Assembly (NCBI RefSeq): GCF_009914755.1
Contig: NC_060934.1
Strand: one strand, 5' to 3'
Length of the DNA stretch: 64,000 nucleotides
Source: the human T2T-CHM13v2.0 reference genome, Homo sapiens
How positions within the stretch are numbered: position 1 is the stretch's first letter; each line of letters starts with the position of its first letter. The notes under the pieces are model-generated. The model was not told where the DNA came from. It was given only the letters and a program-made list of their open reading frames with translations, and made no database searches. Position numbers and translations under genes: made by a program. Below, in pieces: positions 18,443-40,489 of this stretch.

Positions 18443-19737
18443 TACATGCTTAGTAAGAGAACACATGTAAATAATTCTATTTATGTAAAAGAAGAAAATG
18501 GTATCTTTCTAGTTTACCATAATGCTTTACCATTCATGTTCTACTTTTCTAAAAAAATGAAAGTATTATATATTCATGATTTTAAATTTTATTAGAATCC
18601 AAAGGTTTATTACATATAAAGAGGCAATGGCAAAAAAGGGAGAGAATCAAAGACAGTAAGAATATATCTACACTTTCTTCCTCTTAATGTTCACATATTT
18701 AAAATATTGAAGTTCCTACTCTCCTATTATCATTTTTTCTTTCTCTTCTTAGGATTATTTCTATTGTTTAGCCTACCTATATCTCATTTGTTCTGAAGAT
18801 ACTTCTACCAGATGTTAATGATCCACCCCCTTTTCACAGATAATATTCTAAAATCAAAAGTTAAAACCATTTCTTCTTTAACAGTCCTCCTCTTTGTATT
18901 TCTGAAATTTGGCTTCATCTTCAATGCTCCACTAAAATGCCCAGAATAACACAGCACTTACTCCAAAAGACTTATTGTTCTTATTTTTCCTTTCTAAAAT
19001 AATTTTAGAATCTAATCATCTCACATCTCTGATATAAACTGTTCAAGGTAGGCATTCCTCTAAGGCTCTGCACAGTCGATTACTCTATGACCTGTATACT
19101 CCCCACCTACTTACTTGACTTCATTATCTTCAAGTATCAATTTCATTTTGAATTCCAAATTCATAGTAATAATTTGTTTTCTAAAATACGTACTATCAAT
19201 AGAAAATTTCCAATGCTAGTATCTCCAACATTTAAAATATAATATGCTAAAACAAAGTTTTTTCTCTCCTTCATTTCTTATTATTCTCCTAGACTCTGGT
19301 TTCAAACATAACACTTTTTGTGCATGTAATCAGCTCATTTCTGCCTGAGCTTTCTACTTTACCTCTTGCCCTATAAAAATATGTCCAATCCTCTGTTAAA
19401 ACTCTTAAACCCACTTCTCATTACTTACTTTTTTCCTATCAAATCTCAATTTTACTTACTTCAATATCCTCGTCCTACAAAATTATATGTGAAACTGCAC
19501 AATTAGAATTACATTTCCAATACATTCGCTTACATGGTTTTTCATTTGCTTGCCCTATTTTTTTCACTTTTAGATTATGAGGTTTTAACTTGCGATCCAA
19601 AGATACATTTCAGGGAAGTCCACAAATCCACTGATAGTCTACACAAAACTGTTCGCCTCCATTTGTTTCTAGGGTGATCCAGACGTTTTAACAGAATGTC
19701 AGAGAAGTTCAACACTTCAATAAATAAACATATATAT

Positions 19738-20024
19738 TGAGCCAGTCTCGCTCTGTTGCCCAGGCTGGAGTACAGTGGTGCAATCTCAGCTCACTATAAC
19801 CTCTGCTTCCCAGGTTCAAGTGATTCTCATGCCTCAGCCTCCCAAGAAGCTGGGACCACACCACAGGCATGTGCCACCACGCCCAACTAATTTTTCTGTA
19901 TTTTTAGTAGAGATGGGGTTTCGCCATACTGGCCGGCCTGGTTTCAAACTCCTGACCCTCAAGTGATCCCTTGCCTCAGCCTCCCAAAGTGCTGGGATTA
20001 CATACATGAGCCACAGCACCCGAC
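19738..20024 (-). mobile_element. Alu, apparently inside a degraded hAT-Charlie MITE (about 19578-20035)
   Basis: antisense Alu is clear; host MITE call is weak. Confidence 0.85.
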
Positions 20025-21377
20025 CTTTTAACAACCAACATACCACAGATTACTGTATATTCCCAGGGTATACACATACTACCCATATTCACTACATGCT
20101 CAGAAAGTAACTGCCTATTCTTCACTTAAATATTAATATGCGTATCTTAAAAACCAGTTAACTTCTTGCTTTCCACAAAAGACAATAGCCAACATTTTTC
20201 TAATATTATACCATTTACCCTAACTAAAAAACAAAACCAAACTCTATATTAACATTGACTAGATGAAGTCTAAGTTAGGCATGACATCAGACTTCTAAGT
20301 GGACCTCAAAATATGACTCCCACAAGAAAATGCAGCTTATATAAGTAAAGTAAGAAAAAGGTTCAGCTGGATAAGCCACCATATGTGTCACTAAATTTGA
20401 TGTCAATTCATGATTTCTAGGAATTCCCCAAAATTTAATATGATGCACCAACTCTATATTGATATAACCAGTAAGATAATTCAGATGCAGACATCTCAAG
20501 CACCATATCAAATAATGAAAACACCTAAGTATCACCTGTGTGATGAATACTGGATCCTTATAATAATGGAGGAATAGACTGTAACCTTGGTGCCAGACTC
20601 AGTTTAACTAAATCAAGATGGCAAAGAAGGCAGAGAAAGAAATGAATGGGAAAGAGATCTAGTAATAGCTCTGTAACTTACCAATTGTGTGAGTTTAGGC
20701 CTCATTTAACCTTCCAGGTTTCTCAATTACAAAACGGAGATATCTTACATATTACTTAAATGCCTGATAAATAGTATCAATGATGATAATTATCAATTAG
20801 ATTTCAAAAAGTAATAATCATCTCTATGTTCCATTTATTTTTATAGGTTAAAGAATCACTTTTCAAATGAAAGGAATTCAAAAGAATATGCTAGGTTGAG
20901 AGTTACACATATTTGATTTTTCAACTAGCTGTATGAGGTAGAGATTTTTAACTTATGCTGTCTAGGAATACTGATCTATCACGTGAAAGGCTTAGATTCA
21001 TTGTTTCTATTATCATTTCCAGTTTTAAACCATTATGCTAATTATCAGACCACAATACATACCATGAATAACAACCCATTTCTCAAAAATAAAAAAAGCA
21101 AACCTGTATATTCTATCAGCATTGTTTAAGCTTAATTTTTAGCAACAGAAATATTTCCTAAAAGAAAAACACAGTTTTTATAACACTGGCATATTATTTT
21201 TCTTTATAATATAGTAAAATATACAAAATTAATAGATTCTTAGCATTTTTCTATCTACAAATGAAAAACTGTTGACCTTTAAAAGGCATGATACAAAATT
21301 TTTAAAACAAATCACATAATACAGCTTCTTAAGAAAAACAATATCCATTCTCCTATTTCTTGCGTATGAGAAAGGCA

Positions 21378-21668
21378 GGGCTGGGTGTGGTGGCTCACAC
21401 TTGTAATTCCAGCACTTAGGGAGGCCAAGGCAAGAGAAGCCCTTGAACTTAGGAGTTGGAGAACAGCTCAGGCAACAGGGCGCAACCTCCTCTCTACAAA
21501 AAATAAGAAAAATTAGCCAGCCATGGTGGCTGTGGTCCCAATGACTTAGGGGACTGGAGCAGGTGAAGGGCTTGGCCTACGAGGTTGAGGCTGCAACGAC
21601 TGCACTCCAGCCTGGACAATAAAGTGAGACCCTATCTCAAAAAAAAGAAAAAAGAGAGAGAAAGAAAG
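21378..21668 (+). mobile_element. Diverged AluJ-like element
   Basis: Alu dimer with deletions. Confidence 0.85.
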
Positions 21669-22574
21669 GCAAAACACTATTACTGACCATAAATGTCTCC
21701 CAAAGCATGAATCTGAATAAAATGTTACCATCTTGTGGTAAACTCACTCACTGCTCTGCAAAAACTTCTAATTTAATTGTAATCTACATGACAATTATGA
21801 GGCAGAAACCTAGGAGCACTGCCCACATAATTATTCTTCTGTAAAAAAACGAAGAAAAGGCTTCTACACTATCTCTTCATTTGAGCACTTAAAATTGTCA
21901 GAGACTTTTACAATCCTTGCAAATGAAACATAAGGGTCATTTCACCTTGATATAATTTCTTAGTTAAATTTTGAATATTTAAATACAATTTTTCCAGCAA
22001 AATATCTGTATCTATAGACAGTTTTCTAAATCCAAATACCAAAATGAAAACACAAAGCAGATCAATTAAAAAAAATAATGTATTAGAATCAGAGGCTATT
22101 TGGTATACTGATAAAAAGAAAGTAAGTAACAGAAGTGATTCACTGCACTCCTAAATAACCTTCAGAGACTGTACTGACACAAGGCTTGTCACAAAATACA
22201 TTAGATGCTGACCCAAGAAGAGGTGGTAGACATACTCCATTATTCTTCAGCATGTACCACTTTTTCAGTACTGTTAAATGTGATTAGAATCACAAGTTTT
22301 GATGAATAAAGGAGACAGAGGACATGGTTTTTTCTGTTTTCTTCCGAATATAAATTTGTGTTCAATTTTAAATGACTGATGTAACTCTTTTTACATTAGG
22401 GAAAAGACATGTAATTTGGATTTCATTTAATAAATCAAATCATACCACCTTAATGTTCATTAAAATACTAATGAACACAGATGAATATGATCTATACTTC
22501 TATATGTCAGGAATACACTACAGAGATTTTGGAGTTTTAAAAAATTATCTATTTTGTTGTTAAATCTTGTTCCA

Positions 22575-23153
22575 CCAAATACTTTGGGAGGTCTAGGCAG
22601 GTGAATAGCTTGAGCTTAGGAGTTCAAGACCCGCCTGAGCAACATGGTGAAACCCTGTCTCTACAAAAAATTCAAAAATTAGCCAGGCGTGGTGGTATGT
22701 GCTATAGTCCCAGCTACTCGGGAGGCTGAGTTGGGAAGATCACCTGAGCCCAAGAGGTGGAGGTTGCAGCGAGCTGAGATTGTGCCAATGCCCCCCAGCC
22801 TGGGCAACAGAGTGAGACTGTGTCTTTTGAGACACAGACTCAAACTCGCTCTGTCACCCAGGTTGGAGGGGTGGCGTGATCTCAGCTTACTGCAACCTCC
22901 ACCTCCCGGGTTCAAACGACTCTCAGGCCTCAGCCTCCCAAGTAGTGGGACTACAGGTGCGCATCACCACATCCGGCTAATTTTTGTATTCTTAGTAAAG
23001 ACAGGGTTTCACCATGTTGGCCAGGCTGTTCTTGAACTCCTGACCTCAGGTGATCCTCCCGCCTCTGCCTCTCAAAGTGCTGGGATTACAGGCGTGAGCC
23101 ACCATGCCCAGCCAAGACTCTGTCTTTGGAAAAAAAAAAAAAAAAAAAAAAAA
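22575..23153. mobile_element. Plus-strand Alu (22575-22824, tail 23131-23153) with antisense Alu (22825-23113) inserted just before its poly-A
   Basis: inner TSD agact(g/c)tgtcttt; outer TSD aaatcttgttcc. Confidence 0.92.
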
Positions 23154-23235
23154 TCTTGTTCCTAACTAAGGAGTTCCAGTCCTTCACAAAAAAGAACTGA
23201 CCCAGAAAAATGGAGACACTACCTCACAGGTAATA

Positions 23236-23357
23236 AGGTCAGACAAAGCAGTCTGACAAAGTGCCTCTGAATGTTGCTATCAGAGATTGTTGTTCCAGGT
23301 CAGACACAGCAGTCTGTCAAAGTGCCTCTGAATGTTGTTATCAGAGAATGTTGCTTC
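23236..23357. repeat. 61-bp tandem duplication (2 copies)
   Basis: units start at 23236 and 23297; 4 mismatches in the first 57 nt. Confidence 0.95.
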
Positions 23358-23619
23358 AACCTGAACAATGAAAGCTGTAAGACAAACAACCTGGATACCC
23401 TGTTTAAAAATGGTGATAATGTAGGCATGGGGGCAAAGCAATGCAAAAAAAGACCTCTGCACTACCATATGTTGAGAATATAAAGAAGTGCTTAATATTC
23501 CAGTTAAAAAGCTAAATATTCCATTTAATATTCAGTTAAAAAGAAAATTGATTCCAAATATAATTCCCCTTAAAAGTTGGCATTTTCACTGCAATGTGCA
23601 ATCTGAACCATCATACTTG

Positions 23620-24593
<974 letters not shown>

Positions 24594-24764
24594 TTACCCA
24601 GATTTCAATCCTAATAATACATTTAATTTTCCATTAGTTTCCACATCACGATCCCTAAAGCTATTTCCTAGGATACTTTAAAATCTATAGAATAAATAAA
24701 AAAGAAGAATGAGATAGTTAATCTAAAAAACAAAGGACAAATATTATAAAGGGTCAGCACTCAC

Positions 24765-24819
24765 CATCTGTCTCAATGACATCATCAAGGTGTTATGGCT
24801 GCTTGGTTTCACACAAATC
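24765..24819 (-). other. Candidate 55-nt spliced exon (unverified)
   Basis: minus strand ttttctaatatag|GATTTG...CAGATG|gtgagt. Confidence 0.3.
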
Positions 24820-24945
24820 CTATATTAGAAAACCCTGACAATCCGATATCAACTTGTCATTTTCCCTTATAGAAGAATGCAAATAAACAGAGTGTGAGCC
24901 AGGAAAAGCTAATTCCTAATTAGTGCCCACTGCATTCAACTCTAG

Positions 24946-25287
<342 letters not shown>

Positions 25288-25345
25288 TAAAATCATAGAA
25301 ACTCCACCATTGAGACCGGCACGGGCACCACTGAGACTGGGCACT

Positions 25346-25797
<452 letters not shown>

Positions 25798-26230
25798 CTA
25801 ACAGTGGCAGTCCTGTTCCTTGGGGAAGCCTCATATAGATTACAGATTCCCTCATTCTTCCTACCACTTGAGGAAGAGCAAGCTGATGAGCCAGAAGATG
25901 TGTGATCATGCTCTCATGCCCTTTTCTCCCAGAGGTAAGGTATATTTAGTGACATTCTGTTGTTATTACTATAGTAAGAAATCTCTTCGCAAAGTATTTG
26001 ATAATTTAAAATTGTAAACTAAAACCACTTCATATTCATTGTCTTAATCACCATAAGAATCTCAAGATGAAGATGTGGCAAGTAAAACTATAAGAGGTTA
26101 AATAACATACAAGCTCATAATCTTCATAAAGAAAGCTGAGAGTAAAACCCATGTCAGCTGACCACTAACCCAAGTTTTCTTTTCACAGCGGTAAAAGACC
26201 AACATAAATAAACAGAAATACTATTTCTAA

Positions 26231-27076
<846 letters not shown>

Positions 27077-27582
27077 TTTAGTTTAATTCTTCATCTTGTG
27101 TAGTACGAAAGATTATTGTTTCACTTTATGAAGATGTGAGAATGAGCAAATATGTTTTCTTCATCCCAAGAGGCCCCTTGTTTATGGTAAAAAAACAAAA
27201 AATATATTTCTATTACCATTCTACAAGCTGGTAGATACCACTTTACCACCTGCCTAACAGATCTAGCCAGCCCAACAGGGAGAAGATGGTACTGTATACA
27301 CCAATGTAAAGGAGCAAAATAAGAGATTCACTGAAGAGACTTGCTGCACTAAGGCAAATACAGACATCTTAGGAAACAGTGCTGTAAGCAATTATATACT
27401 AGCTATATCCTGTATTTTTCTTTAAACCATTTCTCATTCTTAGACATAAGATCAAGAAAAGTGAGGGTGACAAAAAAAATAGAGCTTCAACTAAACCTTG
27501 AAAAAATAACACTTGCATATACACGGTATGAGAAAATGGTGGAGGAATGAACAAAACACATTGCAGGCTGAGATAATGACTA

Positions 27583-28206
<624 letters not shown>

Positions 28207-28688
28207 TTACACATATATAGGTTGGGCATCCCTAATCTGAAAATCTGATGTCTGAGCACCAAAATGACACCACATGTGGGAATTTCCACACCTGACCTCA
28301 TGTGACAATTCACAGACAAAATGCAGGCATACAAACACACAGTTTATTCAGCAACCCTGAGGGAAAAAAAGACCCTCTCAGCCCCCTTTAGCTGCAATAT
28401 ATCTTTTCTGAATACGCCCAGATTACCCCACACATGTGTGCACATAAAGTTGGCCAAAATGGCACATACACAGGCAGGACATGACAATGGCAGGCTCCAC
28501 ATGGAGCCAAGACCTATGTGCATTGCTCACTGTGTGTGTGTGGTTTTTTGTTTTTTTACTTATTCTCTGCTCTGTGGTGTAAAGATACTATTGAAAATGT
28601 CAAAAAGTCCTTCAGATATTCCTACGGGTAACGGTTATTAAAAAGAGAGAAGGCATTTATGTTTATATCACAGAAAGTCAAGTTGTTA

Positions 28689-30560
<1,872 letters not shown>

Positions 30561-31178
30561 AAAAGCCATCTAGCAGAATACCTCCTCATCACTAGAGGAC
30601 CCACTTCCTGGTCCTCAAATGCTTCTAAGCTTTCTTCTCACCTAAAAGAAATACAATGTACAGTAACCTTTTAATCAAAACACAGCATCAGAGGTGGAGA
30701 CTGAAAGCCTGTTGTCTGTTCTTGCTGTTAATATCTGATACAGGTATTCTGGTAATGCTACTGTGCTGATTAGTTACAGTGAACACATTATTTCTTCACT
30801 GTACTAATGATATTTCATATTTTTACTGTTCAGTAGTTTTGTGTGAATAAATATAAGAAAATGATTACTTATCAATAGCATATAATTTCAGATTCAAAAA
30901 TGGTGATAACCATGACTGTCCACATGGGTGGCTGCAATAGTGATAATTTTGCTTTCTAATGTACACAACTTTGTTTAATGCACACCATTATTTAAAATAT
31001 TATTTAAAATTACCTTCAGGTTATGTATATAAGGTGTATACAAAATATAAACAAATTTTGTGTTTAGACTTGGGTCACCTCCCCAAGATATCTCAAGTAT
31101 ATGAAAATATTCTAAAACCTGAAAAAATCCAAAATCCAAAACACTTCCAGCCCCAAGCATTGTGGATAAGGATACTCA

Positions 31179-31514
<336 letters not shown>

Positions 31515-31723
31515 CAGATTTTAATGTATGCTAACACATGGACTAATGAAGTACATATAGCCTAGGTTGGCTGGTGACTTCATTTGTTTTTCTGGTATCA
31601 TTAATAAAGCACATACACATACAGACAATATATACATAAAAAGATTTTGTTAATATATATACCTTACATCGCTGCTTCTACTCTAATCATCTTAGCTTGA
31701 ATGTAAAATGTGAAACTAAAGTA

Positions 31724-32620
<897 letters not shown>

Positions 32621-32639
32621 TTCGTAAAAGAGAACTGAA

Positions 32640-33960
32640 AAAAACCTTTGTGATCACAGCAATGAGTTCTTAGGTATGACACCAAAATCTGACCCATGAA
32701 AGAAATAAAAACATAAACTTCATGATAATTAAGATCTTTTGCTACAGACTGGTAGAAGGCCATGTATCTGAAAGAGGACATACATTCAAAGTTGAAAAGA
32801 AACCATTACAACTTAAAAATAAGAAAAACAACAAAAAATGATTTAAACAAGCATGTCTCCAAAAAAAAAATAGACGGTAAAAAAGTTCACCAATAGTATT
32901 CAATACCTATTACCACAAGGGGAAAAAAAATTAAATCAATGCTGTACCACTACATATCTAACAGTATGCCTATAAAAAATAAAAGTCAACCCTAGTAATA
33001 CCAAGTTCTGGTGAGGATGCAGATCAACTGGAACTCTCAAACATTTCAAGTGGGAATTAAACATAGTACAGCTACTCTGGAAAATAGTTTGGCAGCTGCT
33101 ATTTATAAAATTAAATATATTCTTACCATACAATCCAGCAATACCCCTCCTAGATATCTGCCCAAATAAAATAAAAATGTATGTTCACACAAAAATCTGT
33201 ATATGTATGTTTTTAGGAGCATGATTCAAAATCACTCAAAAGTAGAATGGGTATCTGTTAGCGGGTGAATGGATAATCTAACTGTGGTATATCCATACAA
33301 CAGAATACTCATTAATAAAAGGAACAAACTGGCTGGGTGCAGTGGCTAACGCCTGTAATCCCAATACTTTGTGAGGCCGAGGTGGGCGGATCACCTGAGG
33401 TCAGGAGTTCAAGACCAGCCTGGCCAACATGGTGAAACCCTGTCTCTACTAAAGATACAAAAATTAGCCGGGCGTGGTGGCAGGCACCTGTAATCCCAGC
33501 TACTCGGGAAGCTAAGGAAGGAGAATCGCTTGAACCCAGGAGGCGGGAGGTTGCAGTGAGCCAAGATTGTGCCATTGCACTGCAGCCTGGGGAACAAGAG
33601 TGAGACTTTGTCTCAAAAAAAAAAAAAAAAACAAAAAAAAGGAACAAACTACCAATCTATGGAACAGCATAAATGAATCTCAAAATTAATGAATGAAAGA
33701 AAGAAGCCAGCTTTGAAAGGTTATATACTTTATCATTACATTTATACAATGATCTGAAAAATGCAGAAACTAGCCAGAGGTTAGGAGTAGGGAGACAACT
33801 ACAAGGGGGCAGCACAGGAAAATTTTTAAGGTAAGAGAACTATTTTGTATCTTGATTGTGGCAGTGGTTACCTGAGTCTATGAATTTGCCCAAACTCAAA
33901 AAATTGTACATGGTAAAATAAATGAATTTTAGTGTACACACATTTTTATAAAACCAGTAA
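32640..33960 (+). mobile_element. Old L1M 3' region interrupted by an Alu (33331-33640)
   Basis: ggtgaggatgcagatcaactggaactctca, tctggaaaatagtttggcag, actgtggtatatccatacaacagaatact; Alu TSD aaaaggaacaaact. Confidence 0.85.
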
Positions 33961-34189
33961 TTTTTTTTTCCAGAAATCATACTCAAGTACTAAGTAAAGC
34001 ACGGTCTTTAACTCAGTACTAATTAAAGGAGACAGGGAAAAAGGTACATACGGAATAAAAGGAAACAGACCCAACTCTTAACCGTGGTTAACTTTAAAAA
34101 AAATTAAAGATGATTTATTTTACTCCTTACGACTTTCTGTGTTTTTCACAAATCATGCAGCAGATATTTTTAAATCTTATAATCAGTAA

Positions 34190-34333
34190 ATGGGGTCTCA
34201 CTATCTTGCCCAGGCTGGAATGCAGTGGTGCAATTATAGAACACTACAGCCTTGAACTCCTGGCCTCAAGAGATTCTCCTAACTTAGTCACCCAAGTAGC
34301 TGGGACTACAGCTGTGTGCTACTCTGCCCACTG
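34190..34333 (-). mobile_element. Alu monomer (FRAM/FAM-like)
   Basis: ggggtctcactatcttgcccaggctgg...gtagctgggactaca. Confidence 0.8.
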
Positions 34334-34485
34334 GGAAATGAATCATTTTTTTAAAGTGTGATTAGATACTACAAGATACAGAGATTTCTCTGAGTAGCTG
34401 AGAAGCAACTAAAATAAAGCCATGAAAAGGGGAAACATAAGATAAATGAAGAGGAGGCTCTAAAGCCTATGAGTGACACTAGTTT

Positions 34486-34896
34486 TGTTAAATCAAAATC
34501 TGGCCTGAAACAGCCCTAAAGCATACTTGGGTTCTTATGTATGAACTGCAACCTAACTTATTAGGTAAGCAAATTCTCACTTAGCAATATGCTTCTGTAA
34601 CAATAGCTAAATCTCAGCCAACCACAGCAGCCATACTTCAACCACTCATGAATAACCAACTGTTCAAACCATGTTCATTTTGCCAAATAAAGCAAATAAA
34701 CTATAACCAATTCACTTCTGTACCTCATATTTCCATTTTCTATACATCACTTTTCTTTTTCTGTCCGTAAATTCTCTAAGACCATGCAGCAGTACCACAG
34801 CCTCTCTGAATCTGCTCTAAGGGCTACCCAATTTGTGAATCATTTTTCCTTGCTCAGTTAAATTGTAAAATTTGTCTGAAAGTTTTTCTTTTAACA
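34486..34896 (+). mobile_element. Solo LTR, MER57 family (ERV1)
   Basis: tgttaaat...ccaactgttcaaaccatgttca...aagtttttcttttaaca; 4-bp TSD gttt/gtct. Confidence 0.85.
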
Positions 34897-35193
34897 GTCT
34901 ATTGGTCTATCTACTTTGCTACTATTTTTAAGAGACTTATCGTATCATTCAGTGTCATACCATAATTTAGCGCAACTAAAATATCATTTTAAAAGGCAGT
35001 TTTAAAGTTCATCTGCTAATGAGTAATACAGTTTTGGGAAAAAGTGAAAGTCCTAAAATTTCAGGACTTAGGTCCCCCTACACCCCCGGCCCTCCATGAT
35101 ACATATTTTCACACCAAAAGTAAAGTTGGCCCCTCAGGGATGACATTTTTAATGAGCTTTTACTATTCTGCAGTATAGAACAAATGAAAAGAA

Positions 35194-36348
<1,155 letters not shown>

Positions 36349-36758
36349 GGCATTCAAATGTCATCAAGACATCAAAAAGTCCTGGCATTTGACCAGGGCA
36401 GATATCTTAAGCAGGTATCACTGAGTCAACTCTGAGAATTGATAAAGTCATCTCTCCAATCCATGAGACTATGAAGATATACTGGCTATCTGAACTAAAA
36501 CTGGCTCTCAGTTTACACCATGACTAACAAGAAAGCTTTACATAATCCAGAGATATGATTCATTTCTACAAATAGTTTACTTGGTTAAATATAATGACAT
36601 TGGGTCAGGATAGCTTAATCCTAGGTCTGCCATTCACAAACAGTAAATCCATATGCAGGTCGCCTATCTCATGAGTCAAGTCACCTTATCTGCAAAATGG
36701 AGATAATAAGGATGTTGTGAAGATTCAGGATGTTGTGATAAATTCATACAAAGGTGAC

Positions 36759-37225
36759 TGATACTGTTTGGATGTCTGTCCTCTCCAAATCTCATATTGA
36801 AATTTGATCCCCATTGTTAGAGGTGGGGTCTAATTGGAGGTGTTTGGGTCATGGGGACGTATCCTTTGAATGGCTTGGTGTCCTTTTCAAGATAATGGGT
36901 GAGTTCTCACTCTATTAGTTCCCAGGAAAACTGATCACTAAAGAGAGTCTGGGCGGTGGCTCATGCCTGTAATCCCAGCACTTTGGGAGGCCAAGGCGGG
37001 TGGATCACCTCAGGTCAGGAGTTTGGGATCAGCCTGGCCAACATGGTGAAACCCCGTCTCTACTAAAAATACAAAAATTAGCCAGGCGTGGTGGCAGGTG
37101 CCTGTAATCCTAGCTACTTGGGAGGCAGAGGCAGGAGAATCACTTGAATCCAGAAGTCAGAGGTTGCAGTGAGCTGAGATCACGCCATTGCACTTCAGCC
37201 TGGGTGACAGAGTGAGACTCTGTCT

Positions 37226-37261
<36 letters not shown>

Positions 37262-37462
37262 CCTTCCCTCTCCCTATGTGATGCCTGCCCTCCTTTGCCT
37301 TCCACTATAAAAGGAAGCTCCCCAAAGCCCTCACCAGAAGCAGATGTTGGCATCATGCTTCTTCTACAGTCTGCACAACCATGAGCCAAAAAAACTTCTT
37401 TTCTTTATAAATTACCCAGTCTCAGGTATTCCTTTTACAACAATGCCAAGTGGACTAAGACA
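36759..37462 (+). mobile_element. MaLR solo LTR (MSTB-like) inserted in a MIR, interrupted by an Alu (36950-37260)
   Basis: tgatactgtttggatgtctgtcctctccaaatctcat...tttataaattacccagtctcaggtattcc...gactaagaca; MIR sequence on both sides (about 36590-36758, 37463-37515). Confidence 0.88.
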
Positions 37463-38750
37463 GTGTTTTTACACAATGCCTGGTATGGAGCAAAAGTCTG
37501 TTAACAGAAGTTATCGATACCAGTTTTGCGTTCTCATACACTCTGTGTCAATGATGTTCAAGATATTGTGCTCTAGCACTTGGGGAGAAGAAAGTAAAAA
37601 ATATAAATAAGACATAATCAATCCCTGTCCTCAAAGTGCTTATAGAATAGTAGGATAGCCAGGCATGTATTAGCAATAACTGTATCTCAAGGCCTCATGT
37701 AAATGTTGAAACTTTTTATAAAAAGCATTAGACTTACAAAGAGGAGTCTCTGATTGCAACCAATGGAATCCTTGAAATGCGGGAACTATATGAGTTACCC
37801 TGGATTTTTAGAGATTTAATTAGCAGAAATAGGTGAAAAGGCTTCATAGGTGGGGGAAAAGTATGAATAAAAGAATGGACATGTAAAAACACCTAGTATT
37901 TTCCAGAAGCGCTAAACAGTTAGGTATAGATAAAATACAGAATTGAGGAAAATAGTGATGAATTTTGTAATACTGTAAATTCACTAAAAGAATAATTGAC
38001 AGATACCTGACATTACAGATTGATAACTGGTAAAGAGTATCTACATAAATTTTTTAAAACTTTAGGGTTTTTAAAAACTCTTGACATTCTGCCCCATCCT
38101 GAAAGCTTGTAACTAAAAAGTAAAGCACTTATTACTTCTATATGACAAGCATCCTACGATGTCATAAAAATTTATACCTATAAAAGAAGACAAAAAGAAT
38201 AAGATTTTAATATATTATTCACATAAAATGATTTTCTCACTTCTCTATCAATGGAATCTCACAACCAAATACTTTTCTGTAACATCCTTATTACCTCCAT
38301 TTTGCAGAAAAGGTGACCTGACTCATGAGATAAGTGACTTGTGTGTGGGTTTATTGTTTGTGAGTGGCAGATGTAGGAAAAGCTATTCTCACCCAATATC
38401 ATTAGATACATACTAAAGGGTTTATGTTTTTTCAGATTTTTAAAATCCTTACCTGATTGATCTATTGTCATGATAATCATACTGCCAATTTTATTGCTGA
38501 TTAAATACCAACTACTGTTCGAAATAACTTTTTTCATTTTTCAAAGTCAAATAACTTTTGCATAGTAATAGTGCCAAGAAATACTATGAATTCGTTGAAG
38601 GATTTTATATAGGTAAACACATTTAAAACTCACAACATTACTATGAAGTTGGTATTATTGTTTTCTCCTTTGTAGAGATATGAAAATAGAATTACAGAGG
38701 GAGTTAAGCAGTCACCCATAATTAAACAGCTAGTGAGCTGCAGAACCAAC

Positions 38751-39521
<771 letters not shown>

Positions 39522-40489
39522 TATAACCATTAATACTATAACCAATCATAATCTAACGTGAATAATTCCAATATATGTATTAAATTTGTATAAAACAAGT
39601 TTGAGGTCTATTATAATTCCTAGACAACATTAATTTCATTTACTTCAAAACTGGGTCGTATGAAAAAAGCTGGAATGGTATATAGACTTTTCTTCTTTTA
39701 CCCTGAGAGCATTTGCTGAATGGGGACAAACAAAATCAAGTTTATAGAGCCTTGTGGGGAAACAAAAATAGAACATAAAATCACCCTCTGTTCATGCAAA
39801 GAAGACTAACAAGAGACCTACAAAGGGCTAACTACTCATTGGGATAACAGAGTACCAGAAGTAAACCTACCCTAATTCTTTTTACCTTCACAGGTCTGCA
39901 AGGAAAGCTAGGTTAGCACCGAGCAAATACGGCTTAAAAAAAAATCCTTGAATGCCGTAACCACAAACCAGTCCCAGTATGAATTCATTCACATCATTTT
40001 AGTGATACAAAAAACTTCAAGCTTTCAATTTAATGTAGTCCAAGGCCATCAGTGCCATCTCCCCAGATATACAGCAGACACAACAGCAAATCCTCTCTAG
40101 AGAAACCTACCTCCATTCTAGACCTAAATCATTCTCAAAAATCTCCCCTAACCATCTCATCCTAGTAAGGAGGGGCGAGAATAAAAAAATATACACAAGG
40201 AAACAAGGTCACATGACTGAGAACCAATGAAGACAGAAAACAAAAAAATTTTAGACATAGGAATTAGCAGATACAGATTAACACAGACTAACTTGAGGTA
40301 CTTTGTGTTTAACGAAATAAAGGTAAGTTTAGAAATACGTTTAGAAACAAATTAAATGAGCAAGTAAAATTGAAAAAGAACTACACAGAGCTTCTAAAAA
40401 TAAAAAACTAATAGACATATTTTCAAAAAGCAATGAATTGATAAAAGTTTATTAGATAACAATAAAAAGGATAAGTAAACTGGAAGTCT

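Noticed and set aside
23236-23357. CRISPR-like array or snoRNA
   Set aside because: Only two adjacent units with no unique spacers, in primate DNA; no convincing C/D or H/ACA box arrangement.
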